Source of the DNA: Anthoceros angustus
Taxonomy: Eukaryota > Plantae > Anthocerotophyta
Direction of reading: 5' to 3'
DNA length: 64,000 bases
Assembly: GCA_010909165.1 (NCBI GenBank)
Contig: MU008199.1
Coordinates: 514,248-578,247, forward strand
Both the position numbers and the translations under genes were made by a program. The notes under the pieces were generated by a model that had not been told where the DNA came from, did not search any database, and was given only the letters and a program-made list of their open reading frames with translations. Shown piece after piece: positions 23,686 through 36,880 of the stretch (the stretch's first letter is position 1; each line of letters opens with the position of its first letter).

Positions 23686-26600
23686 GTGACATAACCTAGT
23701 TCGAGACCTTCTCCGCCGAGGGACGGCCCTGTTCCCTCCTGTCAAAGTGAGGGTAGGGGGCGAAATCAATCAGCCCCATACTCTTCATGTATTGCCGGTA
23801 GTCACGAAAGGAGTCATCGCCCTTTCTGCCGTGATGTCCGCCGTTGTCCTCCTCAGGCACGTAGGCCGCATCTACCACCTTGCGCTCAACCACATCCCGG
23901 ATGTAGTGGTGCTGGATCTCTATGTGCTTCGTCCTGGCATGGAACTTGGGGTTTGAGATAAGGGCCAAAAATGGTATATGTTGTCACAATAGAGTGGCGT
24001 CGGCTGGTCTTGTCTCTGGCCGACGTCGTCTAAGAAGGATCGCTCCCACTCGGCTTCCTTGGAGGCATCTGTAAGTGACTTATACCGCCTCCGTGAGAAG
24101 ATAGCGATGGAAGTTCGCTTCTGCGCCCAGCTCACGGGCACCGAGGATAGCGAAAACAAAGGGCGCTCAAGTTTCCTCGAGTCTCGGATCGGGATGCCCA
24201 ATCTGCTACCGTAGCGCGGCTGAGGGGGCTTTGCGGTCCCTCCGGGCCTGCACATCAACCCCATAGATCCGGGTGCTTCAAGTAGCAGGAACACTCTCTT
24301 GACCGCAGCCCAATGTTCCTTGCCGGGGTTCTCCAGGAATTGAGATACCGTGGAGACGGAGTAATGGATGTCAGCCCCTCGCCCGACCCACTCCACTAAG
24401 AGGAGGGTTTCGGCCAAAGACATGTACGATAGGGATCCCATGCATGTCCTTGGTTTCTTCGGTCCACTGGCCTTTGGCACTGCTCAATAGTGAGTCTTGT
24501 ACCACATGGCGTGAGGGTGGTGTTAACCTGTGCCTGCTGTGATCCACTTGAACTTCCGCAGTATCTCATTAATGTACTTACATCTTTGATGGATGACCGG
24601 TTCCTTTCGCTCGCTTCAAAATCAATTCCAAGGTAATTCAGCTTTCCCCCAATGTCCCTTTTCATCTCAAAACGGGAGCTTAAGAGTTGCTTAACTTCCG
24701 CTAAACAGTGTCGAGGTATAGCGGAGAGGATGAGGTCACCCACATAGGGGCAAGGATGACAAAGTGAAGGCCTCGAGTCAACGTACACGCTGCCGCCGGG
24801 CCGCGACTGGACAAAGGAAATGCCGAAAGTGTGACGGCATAGTAATATACCACCTCGCTCGCTTGAGGCCATATATGCACTCAACCGGAGCACTTTGTGG
24901 GAAACCCTTGTCGACGTAGCCCCTCCGGGCCGATCCATGTAGAGTTCCTCGTGGATGAGAGGTAGGCGGCCTTGACGTCCATTTGGTGGAGCTCCAGTCC
25001 GCCTTCACCGCAAGAAAGCAAAACTGTATGGATGTGCGCACCACCGGGGAGAAGGTCTTGATAGGTCCAGCCTTCAACCGGAGAATCCACGAGCCACCAC
25101 CGGCCTTGAAACGAGCCACCGTCTCATGGGCGTTGAGCTTGAGCTGAAGGTCCATTTGGTGGTGAGATGGGCTTCCTTCCGTGAGGCGGTCACTGAGTTC
25201 CTGTGTCTTGTTTTGTGCATCACCATCTCCATCACATCCGCCAATCGCGAGACTCGTGTCCAAGGGCTTGGGAAAGAGTGGTCGGTTCTGCTTGGAAGTG
25301 GCGAGATAAAGCCGTGATAGGAGTCAAGGCTATCCCCAAGTCGTGGATCGGGTAAGGCGGCTCGCCACCGAGATGGCGTGGTCGATGCCGAGTAATCGCG
25401 ACGAGGGCCAGGTTGGGTGCCCGGTCAGCCAAGACAGTTCGCCACGAGCCAACACGGGCCCAGTGAGGCGCCTCCGGGGCAGCTTTGGTAGGTCTCCGCC
25501 GGAGCCCGTCGCCAGCGATCGCAAGGTTGAACAATGTAAGAGTACCATCGTAGTCTTCGTGAGGCGTGCCGGGGTCGATAGTGCCCGTCGCTCGTGGACG
25601 GGCCGTCTGATTCTCAGGAGCCCAGTCACTTCTTCGGGATAGTGAAAGCGTGTCGGTGTCAGCAGGTGGTCAGCCACCGCAATCCTCCTCTCAAGCCGGC
25701 TCGACCGGCTCTAGAAAGGTGACGCAAGCGCCGTGGTGATGTCGCGGTCCTGTGGTCAAAGCTTGTAGGCCTTAGAGCTCTCGCTATAGCCCACAAAGAT
25801 AAGCTTCTTTGCCCTGGCATCCACCAAGGCCGCTTCGCGGTGGATAAGGGCTAAGGCCGGCGAACCAAATACCCGCAGATGCGACATCGGGCATACTACT
25901 AACATACCTCATAGGGGGTACTACGATCGAGCTCAGAATCACCGGCCTCGTAATATATGTAGCCGCCACGACGCTCGCCTGTAAGCCTTGAGGTAGTCCA
26001 GACTATATACAGATGCTCCGGTCATGGATGAGCGTCGTTCTGCGCCCGCTACTCCATTCGGCCAGGGTGTAGAGTTAACCGTGAAGGTCCTCGATTCCTC
26101 GCCTGTGGGAGGCATCAAACTCATGGTTGACGAACTCCGCATGCCAGCCTGCAGGTCTCTTGTTGTCCGGACATGCTCACCACTTTTAAGCTACTCCTTA
26201 AAGTATGTGAATGTATCACTCTTCAGGTGCATTGGGAAAGTCCAGGAATATCTGCTGTAGTCATCTGTAAGAGTGAGGTAATAAATAGCACCGCCAAGGG
26301 AAGGAGTATGGATCTTCCCGGATATGTCAGCATGAACTAAGGCCAAGACGGGCCTACTCTACGCGCCTTCTGAAGGGAGACCCTTCACATGGCGAGGACA
26401 GGATTCGAGTCGACGAGGTGTTGGAAACATCTAGGGAGTGGTTCCTGGTAAAGGCCCTGTGAGGACATGAGGAGTTTTGTGCTTGATGTTACCGCCACTG
26501 TACAGCTGTGTCCTCAGTGATTGACCACTACAAAGCACCTGCACAGCCTGTGGTAAAATCACCTATACAAGCCATCTTGAGGGATGGCGCCCATCAGGCA

Positions 26601-29600
26601 TATGTCAGGATTATCTGGTCTATAGAAGCAGCAGGAGTCACGGGAAAAGTTTACTCCAAGCAATAAGCCGCAAACGAACCGAAGGCCGCAGGACCGACGA
26701 GGTTCTTGCCCATCTCCCGGCGTACGTAGGGCACGGAGCTCTAGCCCCATGAGTGTGAGCCATCGGGGACAGGGCTCGCAGGTCCCTTGGTCGAGGGATG
26801 GCAGTTTTTCTGATTTGTTCTCGAGTTCCCGCTTCATCCCCGAGGAGAATCCTCTCTCGTGGGACGCCAAGTCCAAATTTTGGAGAAGAGAGGGCTGTCG
26901 TTACAGGTGAGAGCATGGGCGCGCAAGGGCCACTGCCCTGTGTACTACCCTTGATCGGGCTGTGGCCGGGTGCCTGTAGCAAAAGTGCCTGGGTGCAGAT
27001 GTAAGTGATCTTCACTGGCTCACGCCCCTGGGCTTGCCCCTGACGGCCATGTACCGCAGCCCCGCTGTGAAGGCCGGGCTTCGCGAGGTCTCGCCTTTCT
27101 TCTTCTCAGCATTCCAAGCCCAAAGGGTCGGAGTACTGACTACATACCTAAGGTCGCGCCGTCCTGGCGAGGTGGAGCCAAGTCAGGCACCCTCGAGGTG
27201 TTGGCCATTTGCTTCCATTTACGCCCTTCCCGGATTTAGGACGAGCCGTGAGCGCCTTATCTGGCCTTTGGGCTTGACCGTCAAGTAAGGCGGCGACCGC
27301 CTGCGGCCGATAAAGGCGGCCGATAATCTCCTCCACCGTATGCGCGAGGAGGTGGAGCGAGGTACCATCGTGCGGTCGGTTATCAAGATACCGCATCAAA
27401 CCGTGACAAAATGCTGATAGGAGTGTGGTAGGCTCATAAGGAGATGGGCCGCCATGGCCCCGTCTGTCTACCGGTCGAAGTCCGTTTAGTGGCCGGCCAC
27501 CGGACCACGTGAGTCGCCTAAATTTTGTGGTATGGGCGGCCACCGTGTCGGACTCCTTCATCTTGAGTGAGTTGAACTCCTGCCTTACGGCGTAGAGCGT
27601 CAGGACGTTGTTGATGCCGTGGGGAGGTGTTGAAATGTCAGTCCCATGGCGGAGGCCTCCGAGGAACTTCGGCGTCGGACCGCATCTGGAGTCCAGGTCT
27701 GTGCCACGATGATAAGTGCGATGGCGGTCCGCTGAGGAAGTCCCATCGCCTCCACATCATGGGTCGAGGCGGGAACCGAGGAACTGAGGTCAGACGGCTT
27801 GGGGTAGCTCCCGTCCACCACCTTCCGCATAATGTCTCGGCCCGAAAGCAAAGTGACGATTTCATGCGAATCGCTTCGCCACGATGTGGTATCGGCTGGT
27901 CGCTGGCCGTTGAAGCGGTCCTGCTCCTTGATTTGTTCCGTGAACATCGGGATGGGGGCAGGTGCTGGAGTCGGAGAGCTAGTGCTGGCCATCGTGGTTG
28001 CTGACAGGCTGAGGAGAGTGAATCTAATTTTTGAATACAATCTGCCCTGTAAGCATGTTAGGCTCTGAGGGTCATAAAGCCGAGCTCGTGAGTCGAGGCT
28101 AGTCACTTCCTTCAAAAAATATATATGTGAGGAGAAAAGCTGCAGAGCCTGGGCCTTTGAGTTCAAAAGCTTGCCTTGTGGGCACCTCAGACAAGTCTTT
28201 GGAGGAGGTTCTGCCGGGCTCTGTCAGAGTCAGTCGGTTCAAGATCGAGGTCCACGAGCCTCGCTAAATTCGCCAGTCCGCCTGACCCCAGTTACTGACC
28301 AAAGTTCCCCGGGCGAGGTAGGACGGTAGCGACAAGCAAGTAAGGCACCGCCTTCACTTGGGAGGGTCGGAGTGGTAGCGGCTAGCAATCCCGCCTGATG
28401 GGTGGGTAGGCAGTAGGCAAAAGTCAAGGCTTGAGGTGTGAAAGTGGGTGGAAACAATGGTTGAGATAGTGAAAAGAGGCCCCGGAGGGGGTTTCAATAG
28501 ACCCTGACCGGGTAGGTTTTTCGCCTGCCTGTCGACGTGCGGGGCGCCGCCTGCTGTCTCTCCGAGACTGCCGCTGGGCCGCGCCTTGGCTGAACTCCGA
28601 AATGTCATGCCACTTGCGGCGCAGCTTGGGTTGAGTACTCCAGGGGCACGGGGGCCTCCCGCGTCAAGCTCCTCATGAAGCCTGTGTCGCCCACCGCGCC
28701 TATGGAGCCTGCGCCTTATAGCCGCGCCACCCACTCCCTTGCTACCACGCCGATGCTGCGCTCTCACGGGCTTGGTGCCCTCACGCCTCTCGGATTCGGA
28801 TGCCTGGATGCGCTCAAGGCTGATCCTCGGGCAGGCCGGTGCCTACAAAATCTCCCCAAGAAGGGTTGCCCCGGCTTCCGGGAACTCCGCAGATCCAAAG
28901 CGGGTCCACGCAATCCCATGCTCGCGAAAGTCTGCGCCTTGCTACCTGCAGGGGATCTCTCCTGTGCCTCACTTCCAGGGGCATCCAGCGCGGCACAGAT
29001 CAAGCGACCGGGCGCCCGCGCTGTGGCTGGGACGCCTGCGACCTAATCCCATCCCGGAGGGCAGAGGAGTGGCGAGATCGAGGTTTAGGGGTTGAATCTC
29101 CCGCCTCACACCGCATTCGCAATGTGACCTACGGCTCATACCTGGTCATCAGGAGATCAAAAGCAGCCGCCAGTCAGGGATTGAGGTCAGATCGAGGCCT
29201 CGGCGCCTGCTTCGGCATGAGCAAAGCTTGGGACCCTTCCGCCGAAAGCTTGATGGGCCTCTGAGTCGCCCGGAAAATACGATCGGGTTCGGGAAGACTC
29301 GGGAGGAGATGAGGATCGGATCTCGCCGGTGAGTGGCCGTCGCAACCGGTGGTCAGGGCGCCGGGCCACTCGAGCCGGTGAATCGGGTCATGAATTCGGC
29401 GCATGGCGGCTACTTCTCGCATATGCCACTTCCCGGTAGCTCGCCTTGCCTCGGGTCACGCCGGCGTGCTTTTTGGGTGCTGGTCCCTCAGAGTGGTTCG
29501 GTGGCGAGTGAAACGTAGGGCGCCCCTTCTTGCCTCCCTGCCCCCGGGCCACGGGAGGCTCCGAGGTGAGGGGCTCTCCCGCCATCGAGGGGGAGCGCGC

Positions 29601-29883
29601 CGAGCGCGCCACCGTGCGGAAGCCGGGTGTCTCTCTCCCTGCTCAATATAAGTATAGGCCATGGCGCCATGTCCATATGTAAAAAAAGAAAAACGGGTTA
29701 TTATTTGTGCAAGTGAGGGCGCTCAAGGTTCCCGTGGTCGGGCGCCATCTGAACTCCGCTATCCTAACAAGAAATAGGATGCTAGTTCTCTCCTTCTTTT
29801 AATCTAGTGAGGGATGAGGAGGGTAGGGCGCCACCTGAGTGTACCTGTATGCGGCTTCCGTGATGCACCTCCCGCAGAGCCTC

Positions 29884-29895
29884 GGCCTGATACCA
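29884..29895 (-). promoter_or_regulatory. Primer-binding site (tRNA-iMet type)
   Basis: Minus strand reads TGGTATCAG directly after the 5' LTR end; the canonical iMet PBS begins TGGTATCAGAGC. Confidence 0.85.
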
Positions 29896-30091
29896 TGAGA
29901 ACTTTCCTAAGGTACTCAGAAGAGCGGAAGCGTAGATTAGAAAAGTGTTGCAAAGTACATAGGTAGGGGTCCTTTTGTAGGGGACCTGAGGCACCCCTTC
30001 GTAGGGGTGCGACTGTTCGCCTAACTAGCTTGTGATAGTCTAACTCGCCTAAATGCTAACTAGGGTTATGTAGCTCTTACTAAACTTAACA
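29896..30091 (-). repeat. 5' LTR of nested Copia
   Basis: Direct repeat of 23464-23672 with indels. Confidence 0.92.
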
Positions 30092-30889
30092 CAATATCAC
30101 TATCATCAATAGAATCGGAGTACAAAGCACTCACCGAAGCCACGAAAGAGGCTACATGGGAAAGAAAGCTATGTGAAGATTTGGATATGAAGCAGGAAGG
30201 GCCAACAATGCTTAATGGTGACAATATGTCAGCCATTGCTCTTGTCACTAATCATGTCTTTCATGCGCGCACGAAGCATTTTGAGATTCAATACCACTAT
30301 ATTCGTGACGCTGCTGAGAGAGGAATTGTTGAGGTAGAGTATGTATCCACAAACGACAATACAACAAATATACTGACAAAATCCTTGCCGAAGTTCAAAC
30401 ACTGCTTCCACAGAGAAGAGCTTGGATTGGTTGACTGTAGCAACTTTATGCAGCTCGACTAGTCACACATTTGGTAAGGCATACCATGCATATTACAAAA
30501 CGTTCAGTTACTTGAAGTTAACAGCTATTGTAGACCGCTTGCTTCAATCTTACTTACGACCGGTGACGATCGGTGAGTTGAGTTTAGTTGAAGACCGTAG
30601 TACTTATACAATACTCCAGCTGCAAGTGATTATTAGTTCTTAGATTAAGATAACCCTACTAGTCTGAGAGAAAGAGTTAGAAGTACAAACTGCGTTGGTT
30701 ATGGTTAGATCAGCTTAACCCAGTGTGGTCATACCCTTTGGTATATTGTACCGAAGAGATACAACTCTTCAGACACAGGCTATAAAAGCCCACCACTTGT
30801 AATCAATTGTATCAATCAGTAAAGCACTAAACTTTGATCAAACGCTTCCACAAAGCACCTCAAATTAAAGCCTGTTGGCCCCCAACACC

Positions 30890-31920
30890 TGTGAAATCCG
30901 ATGGGGGATCTCCCCCCGCGCCACTACCACCGCTAGGATAAAGAGCTCCGAAAAACCACTAGAAGGATCCTCAGGAGAGAACTAGTCACGGAAGTGATCA
31001 TAGATAGTTCCAGAAAGACCCCCAGAAGAGAGCCGCGGGGCGGTAGTTAGAGCGCGACCAAAAACCACCTTGTCCAGACATAAGGGCTCCTCAGCCACAA
31101 ACTCCAAGATATCCGGTGGGATGGGGACATCAGGAGCCGGGTGAAGGGCCCGAAGAGCAGCAATAGTCTCCTCGGACGCCAAAGCCACTGGCTCCGGCCG
31201 AAGGGCCCGGGCAGCCCTAGCATACTCGCCGGCGTGACCAAGCAGGAGGCACCTTTTGAGATGCACCTTCACGGGGTCTTGACAAACCTGATCAAGCTTA
31301 GTCGACTCCTCGATCGAGCAGCACAGCCACCCTTTTCCTGAAGAGCCTTCTAGTCCCCGGCGCGGAAACGGTGGAGCTGGGAGGCAACCTCCCTGTGATA
31401 TGAATTCCCATCTCTAAAGCAACGGAGACACCACCGGGAAAGAGAGGAGCAAAGTCAAGGCTGCTTCATCTCGGGAGTTTTGCGCGAGGCGCTTCCAGGG
31501 AAGTTTGTAGGCCAAGCGAACATCGTCGTGCAGTCGATGGAGGAGACGCTGAAAAGGCGGGGTCCCGAGAGACGCATGTCATAAAGAGCCAAAAGATGAT
31601 CAGACTGTGCTTGCAACCACTGCGAAGACCATGCCGGAGGCTCCAGGAAAGCAACCGGATGTGAGGAGGAAGTGGCAACAACGCCGGTAGATGTAGCCCT
31701 CACTTGAACCTCCCATGCATTTTGGTCAAAGTCCTTGTGCATCAAGCCCATGTGTCTCTTTGCACCAACAATACCTTTATATAAAAGCCCGCAAATGGGG
31801 CAAGAAGTGTACTTTCCAGAAGCGGAAGGGGGAGGCCCCATGGAAGATAATATGAAGGAGCCTTATCCAAGACTGGGATGCTCCACTCTCCAATTTGTTT
31901 GTCAAGCTAGTATCCATCCC
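30890..31920 (-). mobile_element. 5' part of a CRE/RLE-type non-LTR retrotransposon ORF
   Basis: C2H2 zinc finger 'CPICGLLYKGIVGAKRHMGLMH', then 'RWCLRCFRDG', 'GEYARAARAL', 'TIAALRALHP' and 'APRLSSGGLSGTIYDHFRD', the typical pre-RT region of CRE-clade elements. Cut off by the Copia LTR just before the RT. Confidence 0.7.
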
Positions 31921-31925
31921 TGAAT

Positions 31926-32114
31926 CTGGAAGATCAGCTCCCATAAAACCCTAAACTTGTAGAACCCTATACGTGTAAAACCCTAAACCTGGAAGATCAG
32001 CTGCCGTAAAACCTTAAACCTATGGAACCCAAAATTTATGAAACCCTAAACCTAGAAGATTAGTTGCCGCAAAAACCCTACACCTGTGAAACCCTAAACT
32101 TGTGAAACTCTAAG
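31926..32114. repeat. Three 63-bp units, each with about three telomere-like CCCTAAA cores
   Basis: Units begin 'ctggaagatcag', 'ctggaagatcag' and 'ctagaagattag' at 31926, 31989 and 32052; AAACCCTAAAC recurs with variants. Confidence 0.9.
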
Positions 32115-32959
32115 CCAGGAACCGGGCTCACTGCCGGCCCCGCAGCCACGACCTCCCGGACCTTGTTTTCTACTCGTGCATATGCCATCGCGCCCTCCAG
32201 CATCCTCCCGCAATGGCTCCCGCAAGTAAAGTAGGTATTGGTTTATAACATATTACTGATTTTTAGCTAAGATTTTCACACCGTTGCAGGGAGCAAATAT
32301 GGTCACCTAGGTAATAGGTGAAATATTCACCTACAACCAACAAACAAACAAATATATATTTTTAAGTCAATGAATGTCACATATCTAAGCAACTTGCTCC
32401 ATAGAGAAAACTAGGCTAGTAGCAATTTATTCACGCTACCATGGGACTCTGTCTGCGGGCAACTTGCTCTGCAGAGTAAACTAAACTATTAGCTCTTGAG
32501 ACGTTCCTCTCTACGCACCCCATTTAGGTTCCCCTTGCAATATAGAGCGCTTAAGTGTAGAGCGCTTAATTATGACGTTCTTGAATAGGTGTGTCCATTT
32601 GGCAAGGACTTCGTCCCTAATTTATTGTTAGTTTGTTACATTGCTATGTAGTATATAAAATAGTATGTAGGTAGATTTTTTAAAATTTTTATTTTTTAAC
32701 TTTTAAATTAGCTTCTATTATCATATACCTATTAAAAGTGGTGTTGCGCGTGTGAGATTATAGCGTGCACATAGGCATGGAGCGTCATCGTTTGACTGAC
32801 AATCCATCCTTCATAGATTTGAATAATTTTTTTTCTATTATAAAAATAATTTTACTATGTTCAGTAGGGGTTATTTAGCCAGTGTCCAAGCTAGCTCTGA
32901 GGAGATTACTTTGGACACCTAGCTCAAAGCAAGTTACTTGACTTAGGAGCAGTTCTAGC

Positions 32960-33290
32960 ACAAGATGATGATCATGATGTAGAGCATGTACAGTAGCTTA
33001 TGCAAGTAGGAGTAATAACCTGGTGGGAGCAATCATTCCTCCTATCCTACGGAATGTTTGGCGGCTGTATGGGCAGTAGCACATTTTAGGCCTTATTTGT
33101 ATGGCGCTGAATTTGACCTGATTATAGATCACCAACCTTTGATATGGTTGATGAAAAACAAAAAACTTACGGGTAAGTTAGTATGGTGGGCACTTATTCT
33201 GTAGGAGTAGTACTTTATTATAGAACATAGGGCTGGAGACAAGCATGCTAATGCAGATGTGATGTCAGAAACCCACTTGGGAGGAGCATG
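32960..33290 (+). mobile_element. Ty3/gypsy RNase H fragment
   Basis: 'ECLAAVWAVAHFRPYLYGAEFDLIIDHQPLIWLM...HRAGDKHANADVMS'; same type as the RNase H at ~55000-55200. Confidence 0.8.
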
Positions 33291-34729
33291 GATGTAATGG
33301 GAGTTAGGCAGGATTTCGACGAAAATGATGATCTTCGATGCAATCTCGTGGACCGCGTCCAGATGGACACCAAGGCATACTAAGACGATTGCAATCGTTC
33401 ATAGGCTCCTTACACAACAACCGTCCCTACACAACAATTTGTACACAACCTACTGCCATCACCATTGAAAGCTGGCCTCCTTCATGCTTGTTTCCGTGCG
33501 TGAAAGTAAGTAATGAAAGCGGGGCTTTGTTTCCTATTGTGAAGGCAAATAATGAAAGTGGGATGTTTGTTTCAAACCCAGTGCACGGGCGCAAGTTTTA
33601 CGAACCAAGCCTGTTCCTTTGGCCGGGTTCATCAAACTGACATGGCCGAATGGACAAGTGCGGAGGACATTATCTAGTCATTGGAGTCTCCATATTGGGG
33701 TTTATTTTTTTGGATTTTTTGCGGAGAAATAAACATTACAATTATAACTTGTTAAAATACCTGACTGTTTGAAAAAGAAATGACTTTTGTATAATTTTAA
33801 TGACTTTTGTATAATTTTAAAATTTTACAATTTTTTGGTGATCGTGGGGGCTAGTCCCCCTGGCATGGTGCCCTTCGTTGGGATTTTCCCCCTTTGTTTT
33901 TGGGGTGGATGGGTTTTTCCCATCGTTTTTTTATAATAAAGTCTTCTTTTCCAATAATTTTACACATTACGGGAGGACAAAAGTAGAGTGTTTCATCCGT
34001 TCTCACTGATGTGAGCAACAAAGCACACTTACACCCTGGTACAGGTTTTCCAAGATGATGATTGGAAAGACGCTAGGAATATTTCTGGGTTGCTCTCTCC
34101 TGACAAATTGACAAGCAACGCATTGACAAGATACGAAATGTTGATGACAGCTCCTAATATATAGTTTGTGAGGTAATCACTAGAAAGGCTTGGTGGCTAG
34201 GCCTTTCTAACCACCCCAACATCTGATGTATTCTCAAAATTATTCAATTCGAAATTGAATTTTTTAGTTGGCACATGGTTCGATGAACTGAATTGACATC
34301 GCTCCAAGGGAATTGTCAGTTTGTAAGGGTCATCAAGTAAGTTGCTATAAATGTGTACCCAAAGAGAATCAATAACATGAAAGAAATTAAATCTATTCTA
34401 TATATACTTATAATTCTAAATATGAGAGTGATACAGTTTTTTGCACAAAGTGCATGAATAGGTTGGAAAGGCTTATGATAGAATTTATAGAAGGTGATAA
34501 AAATTTTAATGACTACATTATAGGATTCTAAAAATAACAATTATTTTTATATATACTACTTTCAATATGAAATTTATAGATGGAAATAAAAGTTTCTTTT
34601 TTATAATCATAGAAAAGTAGTTGTAGTTTACCCATCTTAGTGAATTCCATGTAAAATACCTACCTAAATTAGTATCCAACACTCACGTTCTTCACCCTAT
34701 ATAATGGCCTTCTTTATTTTGGTTTTGCA

Positions 34730-34813
34730 TGTGATAACTTCATTCTTATCCTGCCCTGTGAAAATAAGGACTGTGATAACTTCATTCTTATCCTGCCCTG
34801 TGAAAATAAGGAC
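34730..34813. repeat. Perfect 42-bp tandem duplication just upstream of the pectate lyase ATG
   Basis: 'tgtgataacttcattcttatcctgccctgtgaaaataaggac' occurs twice (34730 and 34772), followed by a telo-box-like AAACCCTAA at ~34820. Confidence 0.9.
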
Positions 34814-34861
34814 AAATCTTAAACCCTAAAACCTTCAAACCATTTGATTGCAAGTTTGAAA

Positions 34862-36682
34862 ATGGCCTCCAATCATGACCGTGTAGCTTTCAGTTCGTCG
34901 CTCTGCGTTCGAATCGTTTTATTCAATTTATGGTTTTGTCTTATGACATTAGCCTTACTTTATCTACGAAATACTTCATTTGTGATTCCAACTGAATTCT
35001 CTGTCTTCCTTAATGCAAGGACTTTGGATAGTCACAAGGCACCAAAGTTGACTCATGAAACCACTTTGGATAGTCACAAGGCACCAAAGTTGACTCGTCA
35101 AACCAAGATGTTCGTCTCCAAAGATTTAAGGTGCGTAGATCTATGTTGCTTTTGAATTCGAAAAAAAATTCCATATTTTTTGTGAATAAATTTTTGCATT
35201 TATATTTTTTTTATCATGCACTTGATATTTTCACACTCCTATAAATTCTATAAGTTGTTCATTGTCATGTTATGCAATAAGCAGCTTTACATGTCCGACA
35301 ACGGGAAACCCAATTGATGATTGTTGGAGATGTGACGCAAATTGGGCGAATAATAGACAACACTTGGCGGAATGTGGAGTTGGCTTTGGCAAATACGCCA
35401 ATGGTGGAAGATATGGGAATATCTATGTTGTCACCTCTAGCGATGATCATGCTATGAATCCTGCACCGGGCACACTTCGTCATGCATCCATCCAAATCGA
35501 ACCGTTATGGATCACTTTTGCGACAAACATGAAAATTACCCTACAACAAACACTCAAAGTTAATAGTGACAAGACGATTGATGCGAGAGGAGCTAATATT
35601 CATATTGGAGACGGGGCTTGCATCACTCTCAGCAATGTACATAATATCATAATTCATGGGATCAGAATATATAATTGTATAGCTGCTGGGAATACGAAAA
35701 TACAAATTGATCCAGATCACTATGAGTGGGTGGGCAACACTGATGGTGATGGCATCTCGGTCATCAGCAGCAATAACATATGGATTGACCATGTATTTGT
35801 ATCTAATTGCACGGATGGTTTGATAGATGTAACTCTCGGTTCCACCAATGTTACTATCTCGAACAGCTATTTTACAGCTCATGACAAGGTATGCTATGTT
35901 TCTTAGTTCAAGATGAATATTTGATTGGAAAAAACTACTCTATTGTTTGTTGTATTCGCATGTATGTTCAAACAATTTCAGGTTATGTTATTGGGAAACG
36001 GCGATGATGAAATAGAAGATATCAACATGAAAGTCACTGTAACAATGAACCACTTTGCTGAGGATTTGGTGCAACGAATGCCAAGGTAGGAACTGATGTA
36101 AAACAACTTTCTTTTCTTTTCTTTTCTTTCGTATGTTTGCAACTATAAATGAAGAATGATACTAATTATTGTAAACATTATATTCTTTTAATTGTTATGT
36201 AGATGTCGTTATGGCCAATTCCATGTCGTGAACAATGACTATACCATGTGGGGATTGTATGCTGTTGGCGGAAGTACGAATGCTACAATTCTAAGTGAAG
36301 GGAACCGCTTCTTGGCCGGAGATAAGAAAGAGGTATGTATATAAACTAAAAGATTGTATATCATGGGGCCATGCATGTCCATATTTCAATCCTCTTCAAT
36401 GAATGTTTTTTGAACGTAATTTTGGAATGTGTATCCCAGGTCACCAAACATATTACTCTTGGAAATGATTGGCAAAATTGGAACTGGGCCTCTAGAAATG
36501 ATACTATGCTCAACGGGGCTTATTTTATTGAGTCTGGCGTCACTTCATCTGCAGATTCTTCCCAGTTTAACAATGCTTACATGAACGCCATGAGCATGAC
36601 CGCCCAACGAGCCGACATGGTTGGTGACATGACTGCAGATGCAGGTCCTCTTCCTTGTCAAGTACAGTCCATCTGTTATTAG
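34862..36682 (+). CDS. Pectate lyase (PL1 family), 5 exons: 34862-35130, 35285-35888, 35982-36085, 36203-36332, 36440-36682
   Basis: GT-AG introns join in frame. Motifs: [43 protein letters not shown] and VVNNDY. Hydrophobic N-terminus. The start codon is the least certain part. Confidence 0.93.
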
Positions 36683-36880
36683 TGAATATGCTATATGATA
36701 TTCGTAATAATAATAATACTAATATAAATCAAAGACTTCATAATTAAGTGTTAAAAGTTTTTAATATTTTAAGTTCTTTCAAGTGAATCAAAACTATCTA
36801 AAGTCCATGTCTTATAGTGAAAGGGTTTAGGGTTAGCTTTAGCATCACCTTTGATAAACCGCGAAAACTGTACGCGCATG

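Larger units (their letters stand above)
23464..30091 (-). mobile_element. Structurally complete nested Ty1/copia LTR retrotransposon (6628 bp)
   Basis: TG..CA termini and a 5-bp TSD CAATA (23459-23463 and 30092-30096), with two LTRs, a PBS and a PPT. Minus-strand gag (~27600-28000), integrase (~25800-26400), RT (~24400-25260) and RNase H ('HARTKHIEIQHHYIRD', 23696-23968). Confidence 0.93.
19927..30887 (+). mobile_element. Ty1/copia element (host), split by a nested insertion; 5' LTR not found
   Basis: Gag N-terminus at 19927-20304 ('KEKDRFNSTKLEIWSKRMRSVLNTRDLLGIVDG'), integrase 'VHVDLCGPLPVPSLG...TIVDDYSRY' at 21352, RT 'KQSPRLWYERMD..LYVDDL' at 22720-22920. RNase H is split at 23463/30092 and ends at 30462 ('HARTKHFEIQYHYIRD'). 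A probable 3' LTR at ~30515-30887 has TATAAAA and ends in CAACA. Confidence 0.85.

Noticed and set aside
31926-32114. True telomere or chromosome end
   Set aside because: The repeats are degenerate, interspersed with non-telomeric spacers, under 200 bp long and internal.
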